A stretch of 64,000 nt of DNA. Source: the human T2T-CHM13v2.0 reference genome, Homo sapiens. Of the stretch, positions 31,285 through 45,809 are shown in pieces. A program made the position numbers and the translations under genes. Every line of letters begins with the position of its first letter. Position 1 is the stretch's first letter. The notes under the pieces are model-generated. The model made no database searches. It saw nothing but the letters and a program-made list of their open reading frames with translations, and had not been told where the DNA came from. Location of the stretch: assembly GCF_009914755.1 (NCBI RefSeq), contig NC_060935.1. One strand, 5' to 3'.

Positions 31285-31605
31285 GGCTGGGTGGAGTGGC
31301 TCATGCCTGTAATCCCAGCACTTTGGGAGGCTGAAGCAGGTGGATCACTTGAGCTTGGGAGTTTGAGACCAGCCTGACCAACATGGTGAAACCCTGTCTC
31401 TACTAAAAATAGAAAAATTAGCCAGGGGTGGTGGTGGGTGCCTGTAATCCCAGCTACTCAGAAGGCTGAAGCAGGAGAATCAGAAGAATTGCTTGAACCT
31501 GGGAGGCAGAGGTTGCAGTGAGCCGAGATTGTGCCACTGTACTCCAGCCTGGGTGACAAAGCCAGGTTCCATCTCAAAAAAAAAAACAAAAGAAAAAAGA
31601 AAAAA
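31285..31605 (+). mobile_element. AluS (Sq/Sp-like)
   Basis: Full dimer, A tail, TSD-like aagaaaaatg / aagaaaaaag; small internal duplication ggagaatcagaagaattgc. Confidence 0.95.
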
Positions 31606-32136
31606 GACTTATTCTCAATAAAAACATTAAGTTTTGTGATGTTTCAACTTACCCTATCCCCATCTTCCTCTTCCCATTTGTGGTAGCCTTGAAAATCAAC
31701 AGCCTTGTAATTATCTTGAAAACCAGCAGTCTAGCAGCCACTGGAGAATGTATTTGGGGTTGGAATTCCTACAAAGCCCCATTCTTAACTGTTATTATTT
31801 GACCTGTCTGGCAATTCCTTGGAAAATCCTACTCCCAATGCTTGTCTGTATTTGACCTGTGTTACAACTCTTTCAGTATAAACACACTTTTGCCCAGGGA
31901 TATTTGTTGAAATAATCTGTGGCAGTTGCTCGAGGTAGTGAAAGGATGAGTTGACCAAACCACTTTTAAAAAAGCTTATTGGACCCACCTATTAAAGCTT
32001 TGGAAAGATCTGACATTTTCCTGGGAATCTAGAAGGGCCCTCACATGCAGAGACATGTTTTTGCATAGGGCTATGTGCATACTCAAGAAAGACCCAAGAG
32101 GGCCTTAAACTCTCCACAAGTAAGAAGTAAAAGCTC

Positions 32137-32505
32137 TATATGTGCCACATTTTCTCATACTATGCAGCCATAAAAAAGAATGAGTTCATGTCCTTTGCAG
32201 GGACACAGATGAAGCTGGAAACCATCGTTTTCAGCAAACTAACCCAGGAATAGAAAACCAAACACCGCATGTTCTCACTCATAAGTGGGAGATGAACAAT
32301 GAGAACATATGGGCACAGGGAGGGGAACATCACACATTGAGGCCTGTTGGGGGTCAAGAGGAGGGATAGCATTAGGAGAAATACCTAATGTAGACGACAA
32401 GTTGATGGGTGCAGCAAACCACTATAGCACGTGTATATGTGTGTAACAAACCTGCATGTTCTGCACATGTATCCCAGAACTAAAGTATAATTTAAAGAAA
32501 AAAAA
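32137..32505 (+). mobile_element. L1PA (about PA7-8) 3' end with a 19-nt 5' micro-inversion
   Basis: atactatgcagccataaaaaagaatgag...tatcccagaactaaagtataa plus A tail; 32137-32155 is the reverse complement of L1 agaaaatgtggcacatata. Confidence 0.92.
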
Positions 32506-32899
<394 letters not shown>

Positions 32900-33351
32900 C
32901 TAAGGCAGAGTGTTAAACTGCTGGACTTGAGTGTTGAAGCCATGCCCCACCGGATACACAGAGAGCCTTTTGGTAAAAGCTGGGAGCTTATTGGTTACAG
33001 GCATTTAAAGAAATTTACGTTCAGTCAGTATTTGACCAGTAAGCTGAGCAGAAACTTCGATAGCCCCACGGTACAAAGAACATAGACTTCAGAAACATAG
33101 TTCAGGAAAGTCAGTAAACAAACAGCAGCAGCAGCAACAATAACATGAACAAATAGCATTAAACACATATATTTAGACAGAAGAAAATTCTCGAAGCAAT
33201 TTTGTAAACTTCCACCTTAAGAACTTAGAAAAAAACAGATAAAGACATCATAAGAAAACTACCGACCAATGTCAGTTGTGAATATAGATTCACAAATCCT
33301 CAACAAAATACTAGCAAACTGAATCCAGCAACATACCAAAAGGATATCCAC

Positions 33352-33570
33352 TGTGATAGGAGACGAGTAGCTCGCTAAAGATGTCTACATTTGAATCCCT
33401 GGAACCTTTAAATATTTTAGGCTACCTGGTAAAGGGCAATTAAGGTTGCAAATGGAATTAATGCTGCTAATTGAAAAAACAACAACAGCAAAAACCACAC
33501 GCCTTAAAACCTTAAACAGTAAGGGTAGCTTGGATTATCCAGGTGAGCCTAATGTAATCACACAGGGACA
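33352..33570 (+). mobile_element. MaLR LTR 5' part (MLT1D/E-like)
   Basis: aaagatgtctacat..aatccctggaacct...attaaggttgcaaatggaattaa...ggattatccaggtgagcctaatgtaatcaca. Confidence 0.75.
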
Positions 33571-33886
33571 GGAGTAAACAAGTGGAGGAATAAAGTGGAG
33601 GATCACGAGGGAAAGAGATCTCAAATGGCAGGACGTTGAAGCCTGTAGTGATTGTGAAGAGAAGACTTCTGCAATTTTTCCATGGTGGGAATCTGTCTAG
33701 TATCACGGATGTGTGAGAAGAGCTGGAAGAGTTTTGTGCCTTACGTGCTGTGATGTGCATGCCTCCCGTGCTCAAGCTCTCAGTCAACTCTATTATCTAT
33801 GCAGTTTTCAGACTGTAATACTTTGGAGATTAAAGGAACCAATGTATGAGGCAAAGTAGCATGGAAAATAAGAATTTAGAAGGATA

Positions 33887-34292
<406 letters not shown>

Positions 34293-34983
34293 TTACACTT
34301 AATCCAGATTCTCACCCTATATGGGCTGAAATACATGCATATATTTCAAAAGACAGGATAAATTTGCTCACTTACATGTGACGTGGAATGTAAAGACTTG
34401 TAGAATACAGCTTAGGAGGGAACATAAAACTCCCACAGAGCTGAATGAAAATCTCATTTCATTTCCTTATACATGTTATAGTCCATAATTCATTAAAATC
34501 CTGGAGAGCTTTGTATATGCCAATTATGAAGTTTCAAGTAGTTTCTCCAGGTCACAGGAGTTTCCAGTTTATCCTTTCATCCCATCCACTAATTATGAAA
34601 ATAAATGAATATTATGCAAGCCTTCAATCTTGTTGTTCTCCCATTTCACCTGGCTTTAGGAGTGTACCTGAAACAGGTGGCCTATGGCATTGCAGCTCTG
34701 GATCAAGAAATGAGATACAGATGTAGTGAGGATCTTAGGGCCCCGGTGGTGGAGAGTGACACTGTCACTTCCTGTGCGTTTACTGTTGTTTATTCATAAC
34801 AATGCAGTGCCAGTGTTTGTAAATGCTTGTCTATTTTGGAAAACAAGGTTTCCTTTTGTTAACTTTTGTCACGAAGAATGTGGGCACCATGCTGTATGAG
34901 GTTCAGCCGAGAATATTGAAAATGGTTGCACCTGGTTCGCGTTTCTCCTAGAAGACTAATTTACTTTAAAAAATGATAGCATT

Positions 34984-35292
<309 letters not shown>

Positions 35293-35839
35293 TCACATCA
35301 TATTTGTAATTTCCATGAGAGCCCCCTCCTTTTCCTGTTGGAACTGATGGGCCACAGTGAGAATAGATGGACCTCTTTTTCCAGTCCTCCTAGTCAACAG
35401 TCCACACCACAGCAAAATTCTTTAAGGCAATTTAATGTTGTTATTATCTATACTATGTTTCTGTTTTGAGATTTCTGAAGCCGTTTTTACAAATTACATT
35501 CATGTAGCCAGTACTTCCAAGTTTGCTCACGTATGAATAGATGACAATAATTCCCCCATTTTGCTTTCCACGTATCTTTTCGGTCACAGGCTCTCACAGG
35601 TAAAAGTAGATGTTGACATTCTTTATGCCCATTGTTCCATCCGTCTGAGGAGCCCTCCCCTGCCTCTTTATCTATTATAATTTGACTAATTCTTTCAAGA
35701 TGCAGTTTTCTATTACTCCTTTCACTGAGTCTTTCCTATCATCCTATCCCAAACTCATTTATTCCTTTTCTCTTACCCCATAGAAAAATTTACTTTTAAT
35801 TCTGTACAGATTGGTTCAATTCAACAAAACTTTATTTTC

Positions 35840-36022
35840 TGTGTAGTAGCATGGTGGTCTGGAGCTGACTAAAGCCTGGCTCTACTGCATCTAGCCTTGG
35901 GAATGTTGGCAAAGTACCTACTATCTGCCTCTTGTTTCCTTATTTGTAAAGTGGGATAGTAATAATGGTTACTTCTTAGGGCTGTTCTGAGGGTTACATG
36001 TGTTAATATACAAAGTGCTTAA
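35840..36022 (+). mobile_element. MIR
   Basis: cctggctctactgc...tgtttccttatttgtaaagtgggatagtaata...aaagtgctta. Confidence 0.75.
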
Positions 36023-36024
36023 GG

Positions 36025-36135
36025 GAGGGCCACTGTTTTTGACACTCAGGCTTTGCCTTATACGATTCCAGAAGCATCTTTGATATAGAATGCTATGTAA
36101 ATGGTGCCCTGGAATTGTGCACTATACTGCCTGAA
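36025..36135. mobile_element. Small hAT MITE (MER91-like)
   Basis: aatggtgccctggaattgtgcac matches a recalled MER91 motif; interrupts the MIR. Confidence 0.45.
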
Positions 36136-36189
36136 CAATAATTAATGGCTACCCTACTTAGTCGCTGGCACGTAAAAGTAGCTCCAGAT

Positions 36190-36517
<328 letters not shown>

Positions 36518-36879
36518 TTAGAAGTATTGATATTATTGTGATTCTTTGTTTCATAGGGATAAAACATCTATATCGTTAGATTGCTTATTATTTCTAACTT
36601 CACATCCTTCCTTTCTCATCTCCCGTTTGCTTCTGCTCATCTCTTACATGTTTAGTTGTTAACCACAGTCAACTCAGTCTTTCACACTGTATACATTATT
36701 TCTAGGAAATTATAAATTACTAAACTTATACATGGAGAAAAATTAGATAAATAGGAAAGTGAGAAAGTTATCTAAAAGTGACTTCATTCTCCATAGAAAT
36801 GGAAGGCAAAGGCATTTTCTGTGCTGAATACTTATTTTACGATGAAGAAAATTATTCCCTTGCAAACTCTCTATCTAGT

Positions 36880-37350
36880 GTTATTTAAAAATCCTAACAA
36901 ATATAACACAAATATATGATAATAATTTGATAAATCACATGCATAAATATTTAGGCAAAAATCTCAAAATGTTAGTAATTGAAATTTGCAGTTCACTCAA
37001 AAAACAACACAACCAATATGAAGTTTGTTTTAACTATGGTGCGATGGTTCAGTATGAGAATATCTATGAATGCAATGACTATATCAAATAATCGACAGTT
37101 TGAAAAAGCATTTCAAAAAATTATGCAGTAAAATTTAATATCTCAATAAAAGAAAACATCTGCCATGGCTAAAACAAACCTCACATTGGTTTTGCTGTTT
37201 TTTAATGGACTGCAGATTGCAGTTACTGAGACATCTATTCTTAGAATAAGTATACAATTTTGTAATGTTTCAAAATCTGATACTTATATCTCAAATTAAG
37301 CATCAGCATTGTACTTTAAGATTGAAAGCAGAAGCATTCCTTTTATACTA
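36880..37350 (+). mobile_element. Ancient L1M ORF2 fragment
   Basis: gcaaaaatctcaaaatgttag...gaaaaagcatttc degraded RT region. Confidence 0.5.
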
Positions 37351-37934
37351 AATGTTGTTAGTTACCCATATGCAGGTAGAGAAATTTGTCTTGCCTTTAC
37401 TTACCATGTCTTTCCTCTTTACCTACATACATAGAAGAGCTGTTATTATTAGATGTGATTTATTATTAAAATAAATATTGTTTACCAAAAACATTTTACA
37501 TTTCAAGAATTATATTCAAGATCTTGTCTTCTATTTTTTAAACTGGTATTTCTAATGATTGTGTGTACCTGTGTTCACATGTTTAATTGACTTCAGTGCT
37601 CCATATTAGTTCTTTTTCATTTTGACTTTATTTCCCCTTAGTTGTTGATCTTGTTTTCTATTTCAATCAGCTAGAAAATCTGTAACAAATGTTCTAAATA
37701 AAATATAAGGGTAATCATTTCAGGGCATTAAATATTCATGAATATTTTATTTTCCCACAAGAATAACAACTTTATAGGTAAAAACTGTTGTGTCACAATA
37801 CGTTTTTCTTAAAAATCATAGTGCTCCTTTTTCTTTGGATATGTTGATTATTCAAGAGAAATGCAAAGCCTTTTTTATAGCTAAAATTTCACTAGTTGAA
37901 TGATTATAGGATTTTTTTTACTATATTTGTAATG

Positions 37935-39560
37935 TAAAACATTATTGAGAAAAGTCAAATAAAACTTAGGTAAAAGAGAAATATATCCTTTTCATGGATT
38001 GGAAGACATTAAATGGTATCAGTTTTCTCTAGAATGGTCACCCTGGCCAAATTCCTACTAGAAATTTTTAGTGAAACATGGCAAGATTATTCTAAGATAC
38101 ATACACACACACACACACACACGTACACATACGTGTATACAGCCAAAGTAAAGAAGAAAAAATGCAAGAGATTGCTATTCTAGTAGATACCGCGACTCAA
38201 TAAAAATCTATAAAACTTAAACCAGCATGATATGCTCACAATGAGAGAACAAATTAATAGTAGAATGGAAGAGAGACCACCCTAGAGTCAGACTAGTGCC
38301 ATATGAACATTTGATTTATGACAAAAGTTGAAATGCATAGCAGTTTGGAAGGGACTATCTTTTCAATAAAAATGCAGGAATAATTGGATATCCACCTGAA
38401 AAAAAATGAAACTCGATTTCTATCTCCCACTATATACAAAAATCAATTCCAATTGTTAAAAGCAAAACAACAAAGTTTTCAGAAGATGAATGAAGACTAT
38501 CTCCATGACCTTGCAGCTGGAAAAATTTTCTTAAACAAAATACATAAAGTGCTAAGAATAAAGAAGATTAATAAAGTAGAAGATTGGTAAATTTGACTGT
38601 AATAAAATTGAGACCGTCTGTTTATCAAATGTCATTGTTGAGTGAAATGACAAACTATGTAGTGAGAGAAAGTACTTGCAAAATATATAATTGTCACAAA
38701 ACCCTTATCCATAATTTCTACAAATGAATGAGAAGACAGAGTAGAAGAATGGGTAAAAGAATGTAAAGCCAATTTACAAGAGGATATCCAAATAGCCAAA
38801 TGAAAATTTGTTCAACCTCAGTAGTAATTAGAGAAATGGAGATAAAAAATCATGTATGATACCAGTATACACATATCAGAATGGCTAAAAATGAAAAAGA
38901 CTGATGATAAATTTTGGCAAAGCTGCACATCAGTGAGAATTTTCATGAACAATGCTGATGTTATTGTAAATAAGTATAATCATTTTGGAAAATACTTTGT
39001 TGTTTTTTGTTAATATTGAATGTATGCATCTCAGTAACTTGGCTATTCTACTTCTATTTATAGACACGAAAACATGGATAAAACATATAATTTATTCATA
39101 ACACCTAAACTGTAAACAAACCATATGTCCTTGTATAGTAGAATTATTAAATAGTGGTATTCTCATACAATAAAATTCTATACAGCAAAGAAAGTAATAA
39201 ACTTCAGATGCACACAACAATATAGGTGAATCCAAAAGACAATGTTTTCTGAAGAATTGTAATGAAAAAAAACAGCTAAAATACATATTTCAAAAATACT
39301 AATCCTTAAGCTTAGTGACATACAAATAGCTGATGTAACTATTAACAAAAGAGTTGATCAACATAAAATTCAAGACAGCAATTTTTTTTGAGGAAAGGAA
39401 GACTTATGAGTGGGAAGATGCATGCTGACGATGTCTGCAATGTTGTTGATGTTTTAAACATTTTTTCACTTGAGTGGTGGTTTAATATTGGTAATAAAGA
39501 TAATTTGTTAATGTGAACATTTGTATTTTCTGTATGTGTGCTATTTAACCATGAAATGTT
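37935..39560 (+). mobile_element. Old L1ME/MC 3' portion (ORF2 end plus 3' UTR)
   Basis: tcatggattggaagac; tttatgacaaaag; gaggatatccaaatagccaa; cagaatggctaaaa; contains (CA)n at 38104-38122. Confidence 0.8.
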
Positions 39561-40312
39561 TTGTTTCTTACAAGAAAATATGCCAAAAGTTAATTAAGTT
39601 CCTGAGGTACAGTTTTAGTATAGTGACTCTTTTCTTTCTTTTCATCTTCTAAATAAGAGATATCATCTATTAAATAATTTTATGCTTCTGCCAGGTAAAG
39701 ATGCAAGACTGAAAGATATTGGTTAGATGCTGAAATATTAAAATTTTAGAATATCTTATTGATTTATGGAGACAACAGAAGAAAATATTTGATTTTGAAA
39801 TTATCCCCCAAACAGAAAATATGTTCGTTATCCACAGATAATTAACAAATGAGTCTGCAGTCCTTCTATGACTGAGACTCTTCACCTATTGATGATGTGT
39901 GTGACAATCTGTATCACCTGTAGAAATGGCCAAAATTTTGAAGATGCCTAGGCCTGCTATCAGACATCAAACTTTTGGTTTTAACATTTCCAGATTTTAA
40001 CTATGTGATCCTAGAATGCCATTTGCTGGTTTCCTCAGTTTTAATCTACCTCCTTTTAGAAATTACACTAATTGAGAGATGGTATGAGAAATGACTAAAG
40101 CTATAGATAATTAACAGAGATTTTACATGGCCTTCAGAGGGTGGATTTGTACTTTTTAATGTGAATGAGAGAACTGTAATTGTAAAAACCATGGGAGTCT
40201 TACATTTGCTTAATTTGAGGCTAGTTCTGTATAACTTATTGGGTTAATAGACACTTTTTTCCTGATCTGCTTATGATAGGTGAGAAACTACTTCAATTCA
40301 CATTTTAAAAAT

Positions 40313-40515
40313 GCAATTATCCCTTGTTCTTCATGGAAAATTGGTTTCAGGACTCCAGTGGATACTAAAATTCATGGATACTCAAGTCCTGCAGTCTGCC
40401 ATGAGGAACCTGCAGATACAAAACATTGAACCTCAGTATCCACAGGTGCTGCATCACACAAATACAGTATTTTTGATGAGCAGTTGGTTGAAACTGCAGA
40501 TATATAGGACTGACT
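40313..40515 (+). mobile_element. Tigger-derived MITE (MER8/MER2-like)
   Basis: ttggtttcaggactccagtggatactaaaattcatggatactcaagtcctgcagtc...gttggttgaa...gactgactg. Confidence 0.75.
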
Positions 40516-40521
40516 GTCTAC

Positions 40522-41215
40522 AGTATTTTAAAGAATAGTTTTAGGCTCAAAATATATTGTAAAGATTGTACAGAGAGTTCCCATAACCCCGTCCCCCAGT
40601 TTCTCCTACTGTTAATGTCTTATATTAGTATGATACATTCGTTACAATTAATGAACAAATATTGGTACATTATTACTAAAGTCCACACGTTAGTTTTTCT
40701 TAGTTTGTATTTAATGTACTTTTTCTTTTCCATATATGTTGTCATAACTCATTAATGTTCTCTTGGCTATGATGATTTCTTAGATGTGTTTTTTATGACC
40801 TTGACAGTTTTGAGGCGCCTTGCTCAGATATTTTATAAAATACCCTTCAAATGAGATTTGTCTTGAGTTTGTATAATTAAACTGGGATTATAGGTTTTTG
40901 GGGAGAAGATCACAGAGGAAAAGTGCAATTTTTATCACATGATAGCAAGGGTACATACTATCAACATGGCTTATCACTATTAATGTTGACCTTAATCACC
41001 TGGCTGAGAGAGAGTTTGTCAGATTTTGTCACTCTCAAGTTACCTTATTTTCATTTTTTCCTTGTTATGCTCTTTGGAAGGAGTCACAGCACACATCATC
41101 CCAAATGTATGGAGTTTAACTCCACCTCCTTGAGAGTGGGACAGCTACATAATTGTTGTTGTTGTTTTTCTGCATGGGATATTTGTCTCTTTTCCTCCAT
41201 TTATTTATATTATTA
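40522..41215 (-). mobile_element. L1MC/MD 3' UTR
   Basis: gtacagagagttcccata...acaattaatgaacaaatattggtacattatta; agggtacatactatcaacatg..ttgaccttaatcacctggctgag. Confidence 0.8.
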
Positions 41216-41269
41216 TGGATTAATTCAAGTCTTAAGTGGAGTTATGTATACCCATATTGGGTCACATCA

Positions 41270-41735
41270 GTCCTAATTTACCAGACCTCAAATTACCTCT
41301 TCAGCTTCATATGGTATCCACAGGGTCACATCCATTGTTCTGAACAGGCTGAATTGTCCTCTATTCCACACACGTCCATTGCTTTTTTATATTGACAAAC
41401 CTCTAGCAGAAATATTCTTCCTTGCCTTCTTCATCTAGAAAAGTTTTACTCATTCACTTTTCAAGATGAATTTTAAATGTGATGTCATCTATGAAACTTT
41501 CTGCAACTTTTCCAAATACTGAGTCCTTTACTGCTCTTTGCTCCAAAAAAACTGCATATGCCTTTTTTATAGGACTTAAGTTTTATGGCAATTATAGATT
41601 TATATGACTATATATCCCATTTGATTGTGAATTTCATCAATACAGGAACTAGATCTTATTCTTCTCTGCAATAGCCCCTGTGGCTAGAATAGTGTCTGAA
41701 ACTGAAGTTTCTCTTAAATCTGAATAAATAATAAA
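41270..41735 (+). mobile_element. L2 3' end
   Basis: tactcattc..tcaagatg...agaatagtgtctg...tgaataaata. Confidence 0.6.
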
Positions 41736-42440
41736 ACCAACAATGAGAGATGCTCTGAGTGCTCTTGAAACACACATTTTTAACCATTGCTATATTCTTG
41801 TGAAGGAGATCATTGGGTGGAAATCATTTTGTGCATTGTTTTTCTAATTAATCCTATTACAGCAGAGGCTGTATATCCTCAATTATCTTGTTCAAAATCA
41901 ATTTCCTTACTGCTTTCAGGAAATACAGCCATGCTTACATTAAAACAATGTGTCTTCACCATGTAGTTTCCTGGGGGGTGGATCTGTTTTAAAGGGCTCA
42001 TTACAAATCTCTACATGCCATGGGAATTGCCAATAGATCATGATGTCATCATGGCAACTTTATATTGTTTGATCAGATTGGTCAAATACTCTATGCCAAC
42101 ATTTGGCCAGAAGTCACCGTTTTTTCATTTTTTGGTTGTTTTCAGCTTTCTGGAATACCCACTGTGGACTGCAATTCCTATTATAAGAGTCTTTTTTATT
42201 GTGTTAATTAGATGATGTCTCACTGTTCAGTAATTTTACCTTAAACTTACAAGAGAGGACATTATTCTCTGTTGTATTTCTATGATTTTGTGTAAGATGT
42301 GGTAGAATTACTAAATGGGGCCTAAGACTTGTGGGTTTCTCTTTGAAAATATGTTAGGGCATCTCTAAACAACAAAGGTTTTTTGAAGTAGAGAAGATTA
42401 ATAGGAGGGTCTTTCTGGCCCTCTATCTAAGAGATAAAAG

Positions 42441-42466
42441 TTTTTTTTTTTTTTTTTTTTTTTTTT
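42441..42466. repeat. Poly(T)26 tract
   Basis: Homopolymer run. Confidence 0.95.
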
Positions 42467-43180
42467 GATGGGGGATTCTACCATGTACACTTGCGCGATT
42501 GGTGAATGTTTCTTTATGCCTGTCCAGTGAGCAGCCTGCCAGACCCTAGATACGAATTAGAAGAGTGCACTGGCCCACCTGTAGGTAATTCACTCCTTAG
42601 TATGGATTCACTTTGCTTTAAACTGTCTTTTAATCAGCTCTGTTTGGCACAGATGACAGGAGAACACATTACAGAATGTTAAGTCAAGCTCTAGGTCTGT
42701 TTTGATTTGCAGAGTATTTGGTTTTGAGAAGAGCATTTTCCAGGATGTCTGGGGAGAAAATGCTTTTCTGATGAGCAGAGAATCACAGGCCATTAAGAGG
42801 GCACCTAAGGCCCCCGGCAGAGGTTGAAAAATCAACATGCGCTTGCGACAGAACGACTTTTTCCATCAGATTTCTGATTGCCAGGAGCCAGCTGGGATGA
42901 ATGTTTTTTAAAAATTGAATTTGCAACCACAAGATAGGATTAGGTTTTGGCTTCTCCACTTCCTGGTTCTTTATTCAACGCAGGGTTAAGAGTGACTAAC
43001 ACTTCAGGTTAAAAGTTAAAATCCTATTAACATATAAGTTAACTTTATAACTGTATTTTTTGAGTCACTTTTAGTATAAAGATTTTAGATTTTATTTATA
43101 TATATTTTAAAGTATCAAACTACATATATAAATTAGCAATTTATATGAATACATAATAAGAGTAGCAATGTAAACAAATT

Positions 43181-43222
43181 TTAGACAAGATCGGGCACAT
43201 TCAGGGTGGTATGGCTGTAGAG
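43181..43222 (-). pseudogene. 5S rRNA 5'-fragment retropseudogene (nt about 1-42), tailless
   Basis: Minus strand ctctacagccataccaccctgaatgtgcccgatcttgtctaa vs 5S GTCTACGGCCATACCACCCTGAACGCGCCCGATCTCGTCTGA; flanked by aaacaaatttt / aaacaactttt. Confidence 0.9.
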
Positions 43223-43944
43223 GAAACAACTTTTAAAATCATTTAAAACTGTTGCTTTTCTGGCAAAAGTAAAACAATCAAAAAATAATTTCCCAGAATT
43301 ATTTTTGGAGAACATAACTTTTAACTTTGATATGAGAAAATAACTACTTGCTATATATTCTTTCATATATTGTCAACATTTTTATTTTCAGGACTAGATA
43401 GAATAATGTTGGGTTGAATAACTTTTATAAAATTTAGTAATGAAATATATGCTGTTATTAATTTTTTTGAATTTCAATTAATGCACTAAAGTACTGAAGA
43501 TCAACTAATTTCCACAAGTCAGCCAGTAGCATCCAGTACACATACACAGACCCTCATGATATGACTTTGAAATTGTGGAAACTCAAAGTAGAGAAAATCT
43601 TCTAATCATAGCCATCTACTCACTGTAGTTTTATAGCACTGATCTTATATATATTTTGTGTGTGTTTCATGAATTCAATGCTATTGGTGCTCATATAATA
43701 CCTAAGGCAATCAATGACAGATTAAGATTTTGTCAGGTAGGGAAACCATTATAATCTCTAAGATATTTTTCTTTTTCCAAGAATAAATTTTCATCCCCTG
43801 GAGGCGATATCATTCCCATTGAAATGCGTGGTTTATGGTAGATTCATTGATGTCGACAGCCTTGAATTCTCAATTAGAAAAATAGGAATTATATAATCAA
43901 ACTTACATTTAAATGTGTCCCAATACAATGTGTGGTTGTGTAGT

Positions 43945-44340
43945 TTATTATTAGTTCAAGCAGTATTTTTGACTATCAGCCATATATCACACATGATGGT
44001 AGGTGATAGTGATACATAGTTGAATAGCATATCAAGAAGATTTGGTTTTTACACTCAAAAAACTTGCAGTATAAACAGGTAGGCAAACATATAGACAGAT
44101 AATTTTAATACAATATGGCAAGTATAGTTATTGTAGTGGGCAAAGAAGGATCCTAGCTTACTTTTCCCATAGGTTAAGGAAACATGGAATGACAAAAAAT
44201 TCATTATAAAGAATGAATGGGGTATGAGTCTGGAAGAAGCCTCATGATACATGAGGGCAGAAGGAGAACAATCTAGTTGAGAAAAACAACATTTGGAATG
44301 GCAACATGAAACTATATAACTAATGTACTCTTTGCACAAG
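43945..44340 (-). mobile_element. L2 3' part (continues at about 45000-45110 and 49983-50550)
   Basis: gtgatacatagttgaata...ataattttaatacaatatggcaagt antisense L2 pattern. Confidence 0.55.
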
Positions 44341-44358
44341 CAAAATCAACTTAAAAAA

Positions 44359-44646
44359 TTTTTTTGAATAAGAATCTCACTCTGTTGCCCAGGCTGGAGT
44401 GCAATGGCATGATCATGCTTCATGGTTCAATGTAACTTTGAACTCCTGGTCTCAAACGATCCATCCCCTGACTATTACCTCAACCTCCCAAGTAGCTGGG
44501 GCTATGGGTATGCACCACCACATCTGGCTGACTTAAAAAAAAAATATTTTGTAGAGACAAGATATTACTTTTTGGCTTAGGCTGGTCTTGACCTTCTGGC
44601 CTCAAGCAACCTCCTGTCTGGGTCTCCCAAAGCAGTGGGATTACAG
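44359..44646 (-). mobile_element. AluJ (Jo/Jr-like), diverged, missing the first ~20 nt
   Basis: tctcactctgttgcccaggctggagtgcaatggcatgatca...ctcccaaagcagtgggattacag. Confidence 0.92.
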
Positions 44647-45114
44647 TGGTTCTTCATCTTTTTCACCAATGTAACCCTAACAACAGAGATGGTTGTTAAT
44701 ACTGTATTGTTATTTTAAGGATTAAAAGCTGTTATTTTAAACTTAAAATTTCATGTGAATTTTGGACTCTATTTTATATCTGCTTACTAATAATTTTAAA
44801 TTACTTGTTAATTAAATTGCTCCAAAAAAATATTTGAGTAATGCCAATGGTCTTAAAAGATGTGTCATGTTTATGCTTTCAGCATCCTATGGTACATCTT
44901 CATATCTGTGGTAATAGGTATGTCTGTGTTTGAGAATTAAGTGTGGTCTTAGGTTATGAAGGAAATTTAAAAATAGTGGAAAAGTAGTGGCATGTATTTC
45001 TCCTTTAAATAGAATATTCAAGTTGCAGGGAAGAGGATGAATTTGAAGGAGTTAAGAGTGGGAATAATCAAGAAGCTACTGCAGTAGTTTCAGTAAGAAG
45101 GAACTTAGGCTTAT

Positions 45115-45386
45115 ATCCTCCCATGGACACTGGGAGTTAGAGACTTTATTTTTATTACATTTCAAAGGAACAGCACCCAGGTCCTTGAGAAATACATTCC
45201 TGGGTTGTAAAACTGGCAAGAAGCATTTAAAAAGATTTACATGTTAAAGGAGAAAAGAAAGGACTTACAATTCCAAGTTTTCTAAAGTCAGTGTTCTAAG
45301 AAAAAGGAGGTGGGTGCCTAGAGATGGGAACAAGTCTGTTTAAAATTCAGTCAAGGGAAGGGGAATATCAAGGACGTGTTAGTCAG
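45115..45386 (-). mobile_element. ERV1 LTR fragment (MER34-like)
   Basis: cccaggtccttgagaaatacattcctgggttgtaaaactggcaagaa..aaaagatttaca. Confidence 0.7.
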
Positions 45387-45418
45387 TCTTAAAGGTTAAA
45401 TTTTAAAACTGACCTAAA

Positions 45419-45670
45419 GGATGAGCTTGGCGGCTCACACCTATAATCCCAGCACTTTGGGAAGAAGAGATGAGAGGTTCACTTGAACCCAGGAGTTTGA
45501 GACCAGCCTGAGCAACATAGCAAGACCCTGTTTCTACAAATAAATAAATAATAGCCGGGCTTGGTGGCATGCAGACGTAGTCCCAGTTACTCAGGAGGCT
45601 GAGGGGGAGGATTTCTTGAGCCCAGGAAAGAACCTGTCTCTAAATAAATAAAAAAAAAAAAAAGAAAAAT
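45419..45670 (+). mobile_element. AluJ with internal deletion in the right arm
   Basis: Left arm intact; right arm jumps from ttgagcccagga to aagaacctgtctct; A tail. Confidence 0.9.
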
Positions 45671-45809
45671 AAAGCTAACCAGCTGACTTCCAACAACTGT
45701 GTATGAAATAACAAGGGAAAGAGGGAGAGACAAGAAGAAAATAGCCAACATATGAACAAGTGTGTGTGTGTGTGTATACATATGCAAGACAAGTAAAGAG
45801 AAAAGACTA

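Noticed and set aside
42441-43016. Poly(T)26 plus downstream sequence as a minus-strand retrocopy or small-RNA pseudogene
   Set aside because: No recognisable RNA, no canonical poly(A) signal at the right distance, and only a weak 8-nt taaaagtt match as TSD.
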